DNA of 63,767 bases, counting the filler, from Octopus bimaculoides (Eukaryota): the NCBI RefSeq assembly GCF_001194135.2. It is 4 parts of 4 records of this genome, joined end to end, with 100 filler letters (N's around TTAATTAATTAA, not from the genome) between each part and the next. Parts side by side here need not be neighbours in the genome. Positions count along the whole stretch, not along the records: positions 23,855 to 42,610 come from NC_068987.1; 3 more parts are not named here. One strand, 5' to 3'. This document shows positions 25,791 through 38,687 of the stretch, one piece after another; position 1 is the first letter of the stretch; each line of letters starts with the position of its first letter. The position numbers and the translations under genes are program-made. The notes below the pieces were generated by a model that was given only the letters and a program-made list of their open reading frames with translations, was not told where the DNA came from and did no database searches.

Positions 25791-26274
25791 TTAATGTCAG
25801 GTATGAGCAGAAACCGCAGAGTGTGGTGGAATCAGAGTTTAGCAAAATCCTCTGTGATTTTCCAGCCCAAACAGTTCAGGTGCTAGAGCATAACAGACCG
25901 GAACTAGTAGTGATCGACAAAATGCACCATATGTGCTATATAATTGATGTTGCATATAATCAAGAATGAATGCGAAAAGATAGATAAATACAACCTTCTT
26001 AAGTACGAAATATCCCGGCTATGGAAAATAAAGGAGGTGAACATACTGCCAATTGTTGTTGGGTCTTTGGAGACAGTATCAGATTGAATCAAGAGGAATA
26101 AAAAGGAAATTGGAATAGAATACCCAACAGAAATATCGTAAAAGTTTTGGCTCCTTGGCACGGCCAGAATAATCAGGAAAGTATTGAACAACATGGTACC
26201 GTAGGCTGAAGGTAGCAAGCCCGCTACATATCCACGACTCGGGAAGTTCCAACAAAACCTGTGACAAGAAGACA
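25791..26274 (+). mobile_element. 5'-truncated Dong/R4-like RLE LINE 3' end inserted in a (TAA)n array
   Basis: YEQKPQSVVESEFSKILCDF...HNRPELVVIDK...IIDVA...KYEISRLWKIKEVNILPIVVGSL...LLGTARIIRKVLN followed by a short 3'UTR. (TAA)n on both sides (25740-25790 and 26275-26343). Confidence 0.85.
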
Positions 26275-26291
26275 TAATAATAATAATAATG

Positions 26292-26343
<52 letters not shown>

Positions 26344-26344
<1 letters not shown>

Positions 26345-26470
26345 CCTTTTTAGTGTAAGCACAAGACCTGACATTTTAGGGGAGGCGGTTGTCAATTTCG
26401 TGGACCCAACTTTTCAATTGGTACTTATTTCACCAACCCCGAAAAAGGAGAACGAAAAAGTGACATCAAA
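26344..26470 (-). mobile_element. SINE family A 3' fragment
   Basis: CCTTTTTAGTGTAAGCACAAGACCTGACATTTTAGGGGAGG...GGTACTTATTT. Confidence 0.65.
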
Positions 26471-26489
26471 GGGATAATAATAACACTTA

Positions 26490-27370
26490 TTCATCAACAC
26501 AACAATGAAAAATGTAAAGCATTGTTGCATGGAAAGAAAAAGAGGTAATCGAAGAAGAAATATAGTACATCACCTGAAAAATAACAACCCAGGCGAAAAC
26601 AATTTTTTCTTTGTGAAAGGGATGAATGTTATAGGGATGGAAAGGAGCTTTTTACAATGGTTGAAAGGTCACTCGAACAAGTTAAATGAAGTGACTGCCG
26701 CCTTTGAGAAGAACCAAAAGAGGAAAACTATATTAAGTAGTAATGGGAGGGTCTAGTTGTTAACGAACATCAATGTTGGTAGATAAAACAGATCTAAATT
26801 GCCTTGTATATTGTGGAGCGTCTGTTGCTACGGAGAAACGTGGTGTAAGATATCAAAACAAAATGTCCCGTGGAAAAGCAATTTAAACAGCTGAATAAAG
26901 ATCTTGGAAGGAAAAAGTCAATATTAGAAAAGATGATGCTTATGTATAAAGACAGGAGCTACCTTCAATGAAAGTACTACTTTAAACACATAGGATTCCA
27001 CCTGGGTAAAGTCGAGATAAGTTAATGCATTAAAGCTATACCAAATAAAACGAGAAATAGATACCAAAAATAGTAAAGCAATACTAGCAGAACAGGCTCT
27101 TCCGAAACAATGAAAGGTAATTTCAGCTGAACGTTGAAAATGAACATCGAGGAAATGATTTATGAGAAATTGAAGCATAGAATAAAAGACGTTTGATAAA
27201 ATGTGGAAGCGAATCTGCTATGTAAATTTTAAAAGGATTTGGAAATTAGGTGAAATTAAGAATATATGAATATCATAAGTGTAAAAGAGATGCTTAATAG
27301 AATCTCTAACCGGAAAGCCCCATGCAGCAGATGGTGTTCAGTGATTCTGATACAAAACCTCTTAAGTGTG
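26490..27370 (+). pseudogene. Dong/R4-like LINE N-terminal/pre-RT fragment
   Basis: LNCLVYCGASVA, PWKSN, LNKDLGR, NRLFRNNER and NRKAP remnants, with stops and frameshifts. Confidence 0.6.
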
Positions 27371-27619
27371 CGCGACTAAATTCAATCGTTTCATATTGAT
27401 TGTATAGAAAATGGTCGACTAGCATGGATGATAGGAAGAAACAGTGTTAATACAGAAGGGCAATGGATTAGTGAAGGGAGTCAGTAATTAGAGGGTAAGG
27501 CAAGGAGGCCGAACGTTTTTGAAATGGCTATTATTCAGCCCCAAGGGAAGGGACATATTTCCAATAGGTACCATTCGGCCTGTGGTGTCTTAGCATTTTC
27601 TTTTCTTTTCAGGTGAATC

Positions 27620-28425
27620 CATGATGCTGTGGACGATATAGCATCGCGTGTTTGCCTACGACAGTTACGTGAAGAATAACGAGTCTGTCACAGAGCATTT
27701 CAGCGTAGGTTTCGGCGTCACTTCAACATTCACCGAAATCTGGTTGTTCCCACGCGTAACACAATCTTATGTTGGGTAAATACACTTCGTGCACGAGGCA
27801 CACTAATGAATAGGAGACTGCTGGGGGAGCCACAAACGGTACGGACCCCGGAAAATGTAGAACGCATTAGACAAGCTTTGATACGGAGTCGGAATCGCTC
27901 TGCTCGAGGCATTCCATTGGGCTTGACATCGGTAATCCATCGGTAAGGCGTATTTTGCATGAAGATCTGTATTTCCAACCGTACAAATTGGTCATTGGGC
28001 AACAGTTGAAACCATGGGACTATGCACATCAGCATAACTTCGCACGTCAGACGGAAGCAATTTTTGAGGCAAATTACAACCTCATTTTGTGAATGAGTGA
28101 TGAAGCATATGTTCATCTCAACGTCATGGTGAATCAACAAAATTGTCGTTATTGGCCCTTACCTTTTTGAGGACAATAATGGAAACGTTGTTACTGCGAA
28201 CTCCGAGCGTTACATCAAGATAATAAACAACATCTTTCTGCTTGAATGACTACGGAAACGTATGCCTATTCGACGTGCGTTGTTTCACCAGGATGGGGCG
28301 ACGGCCCAAACAGCTAGAGCATCAATGGACGTCCTTCACTCTCTCCTCGGTGACTGCTTCATTTCCAGGTTTGCTGACATTCCCTGCCCCCCTCGGTCCC
28401 CTGTTTTGTCCATGTACGATTATTT
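27620..28425 (+). mobile_element. IS630-Tc1-mariner transposase pseudogene (maT/DD37D-like), internally deleted
   Basis: HRVFAYDSYVKNNESV...PTRNTILCWV...RTPENVERIRQAL...MSDEAYVHLN...QQNCRYW [deletion] YLFEDNNGN...FHQDGATAQTA...PPRSPVLSMYDYFL. Confidence 0.85.
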
Positions 28426-28482
28426 CTTATTTCTTTACTGCCCACAAGGGGCTACACACAGAGGGGACAAACAAGGACAGAG
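28421..28482 (-). mobile_element. SINE family A tail stub at the end of the transposase relic
   Basis: TTATTTCTTTACTGCCCACAAGGGGCTACACACAGAGGGGACAAACAAGGACAG is nearly identical to 1796-1850. Confidence 0.8.
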
Positions 28483-28665
28483 AAAAATGAGAAAAAATAT
28501 ACCTCAATAAACAGAGTTACCGTCTGAACACAAACATCTGATTTCCAGATTTACAGATTCTGTTGGAGAATAGACTTTTTAAAAATATTTTTCCGCATAC
28601 TGTTCCTCATGTTCCATGGTAAAAACATCCTGAATTTATAAGAGCAATAAGAAAACAATAATAGC

Positions 28666-28737
<72 letters not shown>

Positions 28738-31444
28738 AGTAATAATAAAGTAAAACTCAGTGCAACAAAATTTTATTACTAATACAATTACCGTGCCCCA
28801 CATTTGTCGTTCTGTGAAATTTTGTATTTTGTCCAACTAAAAAGAAACATATTACAGACATTCTGTGATAAAATAAATTTTGTGTTGCCTCGTAAAACTA
28901 AATTATATTTATTTATATATTTCACTAAATTGAGCTGTCTGCTTACCGCCATTGGCAATTTTGTTAACTCTATAAATAAAATTTAACTTAGTAACCTAGT
29001 TGAACTAATAAACTGTGACGAATAGTTTGATTTATACAAATTTAAACGTCAAAAACTATAAAAAAATAAATAGAAATCTGTTGAACTCTGTCTTTCGGCA
29101 ATAGATAAAGTTGTATGAACTGAGCTACAAATTTGGAATATAGTACGTACGTTATCATTTTTCCTTTGGATACAATAACACATTTAAAAAATACTTTTTA
29201 CTGTAATTTGTTGTGTCTGATTGCATTGTTAATTATGCGACATATTAAATGCTGCATTTTAAACTATGAAACATTTTTATTATGATATTAAGACCAACGA
29301 AGTAGAAGAAACATTAAACACTCAATTTGTATGACTTCTGAAAGTTATTTGTCATTTATCTTGTAGTTCAAATCATAACGATGTAGACTTTACTTTTGCA
29401 TGAAGGGGCGATAAAATAATCTACCAAAATTTATCGTCAGAATTTCAGCGATGCTGTTATGATAACAAAAACACTGTTGTTGACTAAATACTGTGTATAA
29501 AAAAATATTATAAAAATCCTTTTACCCCAAACTGTGATACTACACTACAGTTGTTATTATTATAGGAGAGACAACCGAGATCGATAAATGAGGTGGCATT
29601 TGAGCACTGGGGCCGAGTAATCAAGTGGACTCTAATTAAAATTTCTGCCAAATTTGAAACTATTCTGAAGTGAAGAGATTCGAGCTGGTAGAATCATTAG
29701 AGTGTCAAAAAAGTACGCATCATAGTATTTATTCCGAATTTTTGCATTCACTTTCCAAATCCCTCTGTAGATAAGTTTGATTTTAACCATTCGAGATGAA
29801 TAAAATAAAAAGTCAAGCGAGTAATGGAATCGAACTAATCGACTAAGAACCTCAAAAATATTGCTATTTTTGTTCCGTTCCTAAATTAGAAGCAGCTATT
29901 TTCGAAGGCGAATTGGTATATTGTTTAGTGAGTTAGACAGAAAAAAAAGATGCTGTTTCTTCCAGCACCTTATGCCCTGTGAGACGTCCCAACGAGATTA
30001 AGTTAGTTTTCACCCTCCCCAGTAACAAACTATTTGAGTAGTCTTTGCAGCCATTATTTATGCCTTTTGCTTTTGTTATGAATTATTATATATACATCGC
30101 TGACTTGTCAGGGTTGTTAAAATGTCTTCACTCCACTTCAAGTGAAGGCAATTTAATATTTCCTTTTCCTCTCCTATATAACATTAGAGGTCCATTTCCA
30201 CCACATCAGCATTGCATTCGAGAGCATTTGAGTCTGGTATTGGCGATCTACTAGAATTATATTTTAATAGGGCGACTTATTAAGTGAACAATCTATGTGC
30301 TAGAATAAGCAGATAAATTTCTCTATATCATAATATAGTTCGGGATAAAAGGCTCCTGAAAAAATATAACGGTCATGGTAGGTATACAATGGTGCTCTGC
30401 ACGAGGATTCACATGGGACTAAAATCTCTAACACACTATTTCTCGCAAATATATCCCCTTCTCTTATACATTTTATTTCTAAATTCACTCTTTGTTGTTT
30501 TCAAAAGAGAAAGTTACGTTCGGTAACGTAGTCTGAAGTAGACTGTTTTAATAAAATTAATCTCATAACAGGAACCTCATTGATTATAGATCTACTAGAT
30601 CAAGGTTGACCTGCAGCTAAATGACTACACAAAAATAAAACATAAACATGTTGTAATAATATCAAATTGTAAATATAAGAGAATAACACTCGAGATGAAG
30701 TTTTTATTAAGTTTAATTTCAATCATTCAGTTACTGTCACACTATAATTAAATCACAAACTTGTCAGTTCGATTAATTTTATATTCATCCTTCTACAAAT
30801 GCTTCATCGACCGTCATTAAAAGAAATAATTCTTCAACCCCATACTGTTAACAGCTTTAGACTTGATGCCACCGTCTATGTATTTTTGGGGGGTCTTTGT
30901 TATTTATTTTCTAATTTTGTCTGCCATTTGCTTTTGTTCATTTTCTCTTCAGGTCGACTGTTTAGTTTTTAATTCTATTTTGAATCACAATTTGTGAGCA
31001 AAATAGTGCCTTTGTTTACAGGTTTTGCACAAGCGTGTCTGTGTCTTCTAACATTGCCCTGAACCGACCGAAATGTTGTGAATAGATTTCATAGACGGAA
31101 ACTAAAAAGAAGCCCATGTTATATGTGTATGTGTGTGTGTGCTCGCGCTCGCATTTATCTATATATTAGTATTTTTGTGCTTCTGTTTACCCTTACCACC
31201 GCTTGCCAACCGGTATTGATTTCTTTACGTCCCCTTGAAGTAGCGGTTCCGCAGAAGGTGAGCAGAAGGTCTAAATAAATAAATTAAATAATTAATTAAT
31301 AGGTACTAGGATCGATATGTTCGACTAAACTCTTCAAGGGGGTGTTCAGCGTGGCTGCCGTTGAATGACTGAGAAAAGTTAATGATATGGTTTATTGGAG
31401 ACGTGTATATCATCCGACGGTAAATATCGGATACAAACATGTAC

Positions 31445-32110
31445 ATACGGTTGTTCGGGCTAAACGTAACGATATTTATGTTTCATTCTATCAGGAACAG
31501 CTCCATGTATTGGTGAACAGTCAATGAAGTTAGGGAGCATAAAGATTATATTTATAGTTGAGAAAAGGTTTGCTGACAAAGAGGAGGACTGGAAACCATC
31601 TAAATATTGGATCACGATACTTCGCATTGCGTATCAAAGTGCCAACATCACGATTTCTGCTCAATGATCTATGAAAATTGATATAGTTGTAAGAAGTGAT
31701 ATGAACAGATGCAAGCTGCCAACGTGAAGGAAGGTAGCAGGTATTCCGACTGAGTCTGCATGCCGGAATTCACCCTCACAACATTGAACAGGGCCTTAGA
31801 CTCAGTTCAGACGGCTATGTGAAGCAGCTGGAAACTGCAATCAAACCATGGCTGGAAGGAATTGTTGTTGGAGGCCTATATATTTGGCTGCATTATTCAG
31901 CTCGTTGCTATACTACTGTCAAAAGTAGTGTTTGTCTGGGAATTTCTACGACTCAGCAACGCTGATTTCTGGCCTCTTAATTTCCCCGATTGTAACCCTA
32001 CACATTAGTATGTGTGGAGTGCGATTGAGAAATACATGAACCGCTCAGCCTGCAACGCGAGTGCCAAGCTGTTGAGCAAGATCAGGGAGATAATTGAAGA
32101 TCTTCTTATG
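31445..32110 (+). mobile_element. maT-like Tc1/mariner relic (5' TIR and catalytic-domain fragment)
   Basis: TACGGTTGTTCGGGCTAAA resembles the TIR at 37573. Translation GLRLSSDGYVKQLETAIKPWLE...FWPLNFPDCNP..VWSAIEK. Confidence 0.7.
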
Positions 32111-33048
32111 TATTAGAAGAGTGGATTTCGCTGCATATAAGACTATAAATTATAGCATGCAAATATATGGTTGAAAAACCTTTTTGGGTAGGAAACTTGG
32201 AATTACATTAGTATCTCAATCGCTCTGCGCAGTCCTCTATATCAATCAATTGATGGTGTGCTCAGGTAAATATTCACCCTCATCACTCTTTTGCAGCTTG
32301 GATAGACATTATCTTTTCTTCAACAAAGCATCTCTTCTTCTCAGTTTTGCCATTCTTTTATCTCTCGTCACTTGACATCTGTAATATAACCCATCGGTTG
32401 TGGGACTTCTCTTATGAGTTATTTGTGACCTCACTATTGACGGTGATGGAAAGACAGTCTGTACACCAAGTACACATCTATGCATGTTCAGGCGCACACG
32501 TGTAAATATGTAGCTATACAAAATACCTGCCACTGTCTGGATAGTGTCAATCATCAGTGTCAACCGCAATTTTACTTGGCTCCGCAAAATTTGAGATTTA
32601 ATAAAATATAGAAACTGTGCTCAACTAAACGTACCGAGGAAACGGACAGCGATCTTTATTAGAAAAATGGATTAAGTCTACCACTCACATAGGCTAAGGT
32701 ATGAGTTCATTTCAGAAATTAAAGAGCCGTAGTAACAACTGGAAAGCATCTGGTCCGATGCCCTATCGATTATTTTATTTAATAACTCCTGAAGAATAAA
32801 AGGCACGGTTGTTCCGGCGGGGCTTGAACACTTGAATAGAATCCAAATAACATTTGTCTTGATATATCAGCCATATTGCCACCTAAACACGTTTCAGAAG
32901 AACATTCTTAAATCGAAAACTTTGGTCAATTTAATTAACAACAGAATAATTATTTTCTCCGTATTCCTCATCTTAGAATAGTTTCTGCTTCAATTAAATA
33001 CTTTCTCCATCATTTATTAAAAATATTCTCAATATATGACTATATAAC

Positions 33049-33250
33049 GCGGTGTGATGGCAGAATCGTTAGCACTCCGAGCGAAATGCTTAGAGAAGCT
33101 TCGCACGTTCTGAGTTCAAATTCCGTCGAGGTAATTTACCGTTTTATGATTTGGAGGTCGATAAAATAAGAACCAATTGAATACTGGCGTGCATTTAATC
33201 GACTTAGCCCCTACCACAGACTTGCTGGTCTTGTGTGAAAATTAGAAACC
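33049..33250 (+). mobile_element. SINE family A, near full length
   Basis: ATGGCAGAATCGTTAGCAC head, GAGTTCAAATTCC B box, GTCGATAAAATAAG core. Confidence 0.75.
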
Positions 33251-34400
33251 AATATATCATTAAAAATGAGGAAATGTTATATTCATCGTAGGTATATCAT
33301 TTCATTATTAAATAAAGTGCGTTAAATTTGAAAGTATGTTACAATGCAGGTTTGTGAAAGATCTTTACTCTAATGTTAAACTATAGCTCACATGCAGCAA
33401 TTCAGTACAAGGCGAGTTCAGTTGAATGTAAAGCATTCCATACCAAAAAGATATTCATATTTTTATATGCACATACTGGCGTAATTATTTCCACGAATGT
33501 ATGTACAGATTTTAGATGCGCATATCAATACGCACACACACATAAATATACATAATTACACACACCCCCACACACATACATACACATGCATACACACATA
33601 CATAGTCTTCTATCACTATCACGTACTGCTAGACAGGCAGCTCAAACCAATCTCATACACATACGAGCGTACGTGTGTCTGTGTGAGTGTGTGTGTGTGT
33701 GTATGTATAAATATATATATTTATATATATTTATTTATACATATATATATATATATATATTTACATATATGCTTACATATGTATACACACAGTACACACC
33801 ACACACACACACATACACACACAAATACACACACACACACACACACTCACATTTAGAAATGACACCGGCATACCGAGTAAGATTAATAAATAGGACTATA
33901 TACCATAAAAGATGTTCAGCATTAGATAAACAGATCAAAGTATTGTGGTATATGGCTGCATTGATCCTAATTTCATCCAACTCCCAATTAGGCTCAGTTT
34001 AGATATTCATAGAAAATAAAACAGTATCTCGTAGACTTTTTACTTTGCAGATCAATATATGAGCTTAACAAATTAGGCATCATCAGGTTATTCATATTGT
34101 AGTTTTCGTTCTCCTGTTTCTTTTGATTTTAGAAGTATGCATGCATGTATATACATGCATGTGTGAATGTATCTGAATAAGTCGGTGTGTAAATTCTGTA
34201 GACAAAAGCAGTAGATTTTATATTTGAAAGTGTAGAAAGCTAGCAAACGGAGATTTGGATGCACATCCACCTCCCACTCACACACGCACATACTCACTCA
34301 CACACACACATACACACACATATAGGTGTGTATATGTATATATATATATATATATATATTGTTATATATGTGAATATCTACCTACTTATCTAAATGTATG

Positions 34401-34431
<31 letters not shown>

Positions 34432-34716
34432 ATATATATATATATATTAGTGATAATTATAGAAGGAAGAATATACTTGCATTGTGTATATAGTTCTCAA
34501 TAGAAAACGTTAGATGAAAATAATGTTATAAAATTTCACTTCATCATAATATATCTCACTCTTCAAATTTGTGTACGTATCAATGATTACTGAGTGACGT
34601 GGATTTCTTGTGAATGTTTATGTATGAATTGTTATCAGCATATATGTGTATGTGTATTAAATGTATACATGTACATCCATATATATTTGTGGGTATATCT
34701 CTCAAATACGTGTGTA

Positions 34717-34789
<73 letters not shown>

Positions 34790-34905
34790 GAAAGAAAGCC
34801 ATGTAATAATGTTGAACACTTTTAGTTGGATTCACACATTTGACCCTACGTCTACGATATTTAAATCACGTAAAGTTGAATCAAACTATTTGATATATAT
34901 AGATA

Positions 34906-35350
34906 TAGGGCGTCTCGAAATTAAGCTAACCGAATCTTCGGACTTTAATAACTATTATTGAATGTGATAAGGTATGAAAATTGTACATCATTATAAAAGC
35001 TTACTGTGTCAACCTGCACATGGCCGAAAAAGAAATGTGCGATTCCTTCAGCTTATCGAAAGTACCAGAGAAATGATATGTGGAAAGCCTCGTCGTTCCA
35101 TCAGAAAACTGGTTTCCACAGCAAAAATAAACAGAACATTGATGTATCGAGTGGCAAAGGAGGATCTCAGGTCTCACTCCTACAAGATGATCTACTGTCG
35201 TGTGCTCAAGCGAGTTTGATTGTCCCTGAGACTGGAGAGAGTCATCTTATCCTGCGTGAGATTGCTGAATGCACGCCGCCCAAACTGGTGTTCACTGATG
35301 AAAACAAATTTGACTTCGAATAGACAGTAAACGAGAATGACAGAATTTGT
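34906..35350 (+). mobile_element. Tc1/mariner transposase N-terminal fragment
   Basis: KPRRSIRKLVSTAKINRTLMYRVAKEDLRSHSYK (HTH) and LVFTDENKF (first catalytic D). Confidence 0.7.
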
Positions 35351-37572
35351 GTATGGTGCTCACTCATGGTTAGACTCGTAAATTTTTATGCAACAACATT
35401 TTGGTTGACCAAACCTGGTCTTAGGTTTCTTTAACGGAATTGTTACATCGGCACGTACAATAATAATGTGATTTTAATATGGAGAAGCTGATGTCACACT
35501 TATACGGGATGTAATAATTTTAAACATCCATTTGGTATTGATTAAATAGGGACAATTTTCGCAATGATATTGAGTTAACTGACTATTATTAATACAACTT
35601 TTTCCAAATTCTTATATCTAATTTGAAATGTAAAGACATAGGTTAAAAGAAATAATCTTGGAGGCTGGTAAGTAGATATATGTAATTATACAAAGCAGTT
35701 ACGTAGGTTAATTTTAGGTTCATTCGTTGGTTTATTTGTAAACAGGGAGCAATTTTCGGAATTCGCTAATGCACTGAAAGAGTCAAAAGTGGTTGCTGCT
35801 AGTTCAGTAGTTGCAGTGTTTGTATTGAGAGGATGAAACGGGTTTCTTCATTCTGTGTCTGGAGCAATGCTTCGGGGTTGGTATGGTATAGTATTTTACA
35901 TCCTCGCAATTGACTCCTCACTATGAAAACAGAGATATGAATAATCGTAGCGTGGTACAGCAGGAATAACCGTTGTATGTGAAACTGACGGTTACTTCGA
36001 TGTTCAATGAAGTATGAATATTATTTATAATGAATTTCGTACATTAGGTGAGTGAAGTTCCGTAGAGCAAAAAAAAATTGGTGACAATCTTGCGTAATGC
36101 TTTATTCATAATGACTAGTCTACAGCTTAAAATTAACTAATATCTCCCAGTTATCTTTCCTTTTTTAGGTTCCCGTGTAAAGTTTATTAGAAAATCAGTA
36201 TTTTTTCAAAAGAACACTATTACGTATTTTTATGCAAATATATAAAAAGAATGATTGTGAAGCAGTAAATGGCCGCACATCTTCAATATTCCCAAAACGC
36301 ATCGAAGCACCACAGAGTTGAGTGTCATTGTCTTCCTATATATTTCTTAATGATTCTAGGTAATAAGTTTTATATTGATGGACATTACTATTGCTAACAT
36401 TAGAAGACCACTAGAACAAAGAAATGTAAACGTTGATATTTTATTGCAGGACACTATATGACTAAGATCAATGAGCACTTATATGTCCTTTGAATTGAGG
36501 TTCACATTCTGCAGAAAAATCTCTATAATCTGAAAAACGTTCCGTTGTTAGTTTTTAAACGTTATATACTATTGTAATCTCAAATTAACAGGATTACTCG
36601 TCTGAAACCGCATTCGGTTTTTCGGCATATGTAACTTTTCATTAAGTTAGCTTGTCTTGTAAGTATCTATTATACATTACTCGCATGCATGCATATGTAC
36701 ATATATACGTGTGTGTTTGTGTGTGCGCGCGTGGGAAGCATGGTGCAAGCATCATAGGTATGACACACAGAGATACATATATATACATATGCGCGTACGA
36801 GTGTGTGTGTGTGTGTGTGTGTGTGTGCATCTGTGTTTGTAAAGTAAATATTAATAGTAACGTCTTAAATGTAATGAGTAGCAAAATTAGTAAGTTTCAA
36901 GAAAAAAACAAATTTCAAAAGAAATAAGAAGTTGCTACGATTAATGAAGCACTTAATTCTCAGACATTTTCAAGGTAGCTATCAGAAACTTCATTGCAAA
37001 ATTATGCAAGAAAATGTATGAGAGAATGTGCATAGAACTTGCTATGCTAGTTCATAATATAAAGTCTATAATATAGAGACTAATTAAAACATCCAGTCCG
37101 TCAAAAGAAAGCAAATGTGGGTGTTGCCAAAATTGTGGAAAGCTATCAAGAGCATATTAACTCTAATCATATTCCACAGAATATAGTCAAGGAGGCGAAA
37201 ATATTGGAGTACTAACAAGCGGAAAATTTTACTTGGTCCTGGTAATACTCCTCAAACGTGCATCGAAGCAGAGACAACCTCTTTTTGTTTCCGTTGAAAA
37301 TTCCTGTGATCAAGTTTGCGTGACAACACCCTCAACAATATATGATTCTGGGGAAAATAGAATATAGTTGGGCAATAAGGTAAAACTTCCCTCTATAGTT
37401 TGGCAATATATCAGAGTTTATTTATTCATAGAAATGTACTTGTTTTCTTTTAATGGAGTAAAATTTTTAGGATCTTGATTCTTCCTTTATAGTGTGTCCG
37501 AAATTCTAAATCATTCAATAATAGTTTTTAAAAAATGTACATATGTAATCCCGGCAGAAATTACAGCTTGTA

Positions 37573-38687
37573 TGGAGTGTTCGGTCTAAATATGAGAGTT
37601 TGCATAAATGAAGGAAAAATAAAAATATTTTAAAACAAAAGAAAATTAATTTCATTATGGCAGGGGGATTTCAGTTCACTTAAAATAGCCGCCCTCAGCC
37701 TCCACCACGATTTTAGGACGGCACCGGAACCTGATGCATACGTTCCTTATTGTGTCCCTGGAAAGATCTCCGAAAGCCCCTTGATCTTGGCAGTGAACTC
37801 GGCTGTGGTGCAGTTAGAGGGGTTGCGTCTTTCACAACCGCATCACACACATCGTAATCCATGGGATTATAAACGGGGTTATTAGGAGGCTAGAAATTGC
37901 CCCACAGTAATTTTTGATACTTTCCTATGGCATGTACCAGGTCAAATTCTGCTGCCACACACATGGCCTTCCAACAGCAACTCTGTCTAGCCAGGCATTG
38001 ACTACAATGTCCAGTAGCTTTACATAGCCTTCTTAATTGAGCCTCATGTTCTTACCAAAAATGTAGGACGGCAAGATGTCATCCTCACTGAGACACACCC
38101 AAAGTCCATCGTGATGCATTGTAGGCAAGTGAAATATTATATGGATTGTAAGCAAGTCACTTGTTTTTTGGGTGATGCGCAACTGATATTGGCAGAAGTT
38201 CCTTTCATCTCAGAAGAACCATCTTCAAATCTCTTTCTCTCTCTATCTATATATATCTGTATTTATCTATTTATCTATTTATCTAACTTCAAAACTCGGA
38301 TTCACTCGCTCGGATGTTCCATCACCTTGTCTTGCAGTTGTTGGATGAATTCTGGCGCACAAACGCAGTCAGAACCCTTGCAATATTCCTTCTTCTTGGC
38401 CACGGTTTTGTTGTCTACATTTTTGCTGTCCGTGTTACGCCTTACAGTGTCCCAAGAGCATTAAACAGTAGTCATGATGTCGAGATTTTGATACGCGGCG
38501 CGAATCATTGATAGATGTAAATCTTTTCCTTATATTCAGAGGGAATCCAGACCTTCATGTCAAGAAGGTCTTTCTCCACGATAACTTCAGTGCTAGCTCT
38601 CGCGCGGTGTTGATTGTTCGACAATACAGCAAACGGTTTCTGAAAAGAGGAGACACAAAACATGGACGCATTTAGACCTAACACCCC
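37573..38687 (-). mobile_element. maT-like Tc1/mariner element with both TIRs and TA flanks; decayed transposase
   Basis: Left TA-TGGAGTGTTCGGTCTAAAT and right ATTTAGACCTAACACCCC-TA. Minus-strand remnants GYVKLLDIVVNAWLDRVAVGRPCVWQQ and PPNNPVYNPMDYDV. Confidence 0.8.

Noticed and set aside
32297-32505. 69-codon hydrophobic open frame after a CAG acceptor, phase-compatible with exon 24242
   Set aside because: Pyrimidine-rich strand where stops are naturally rare, no convincing donor and no recognisable motif; too weak to call.
35950-36053. VCETDGYFDVQ (thyroglobulin-repeat-like) and a GTGAGT donor at about 36048
   Set aside because: The frame is closed by stops before the donor; no consistent exon can be built.
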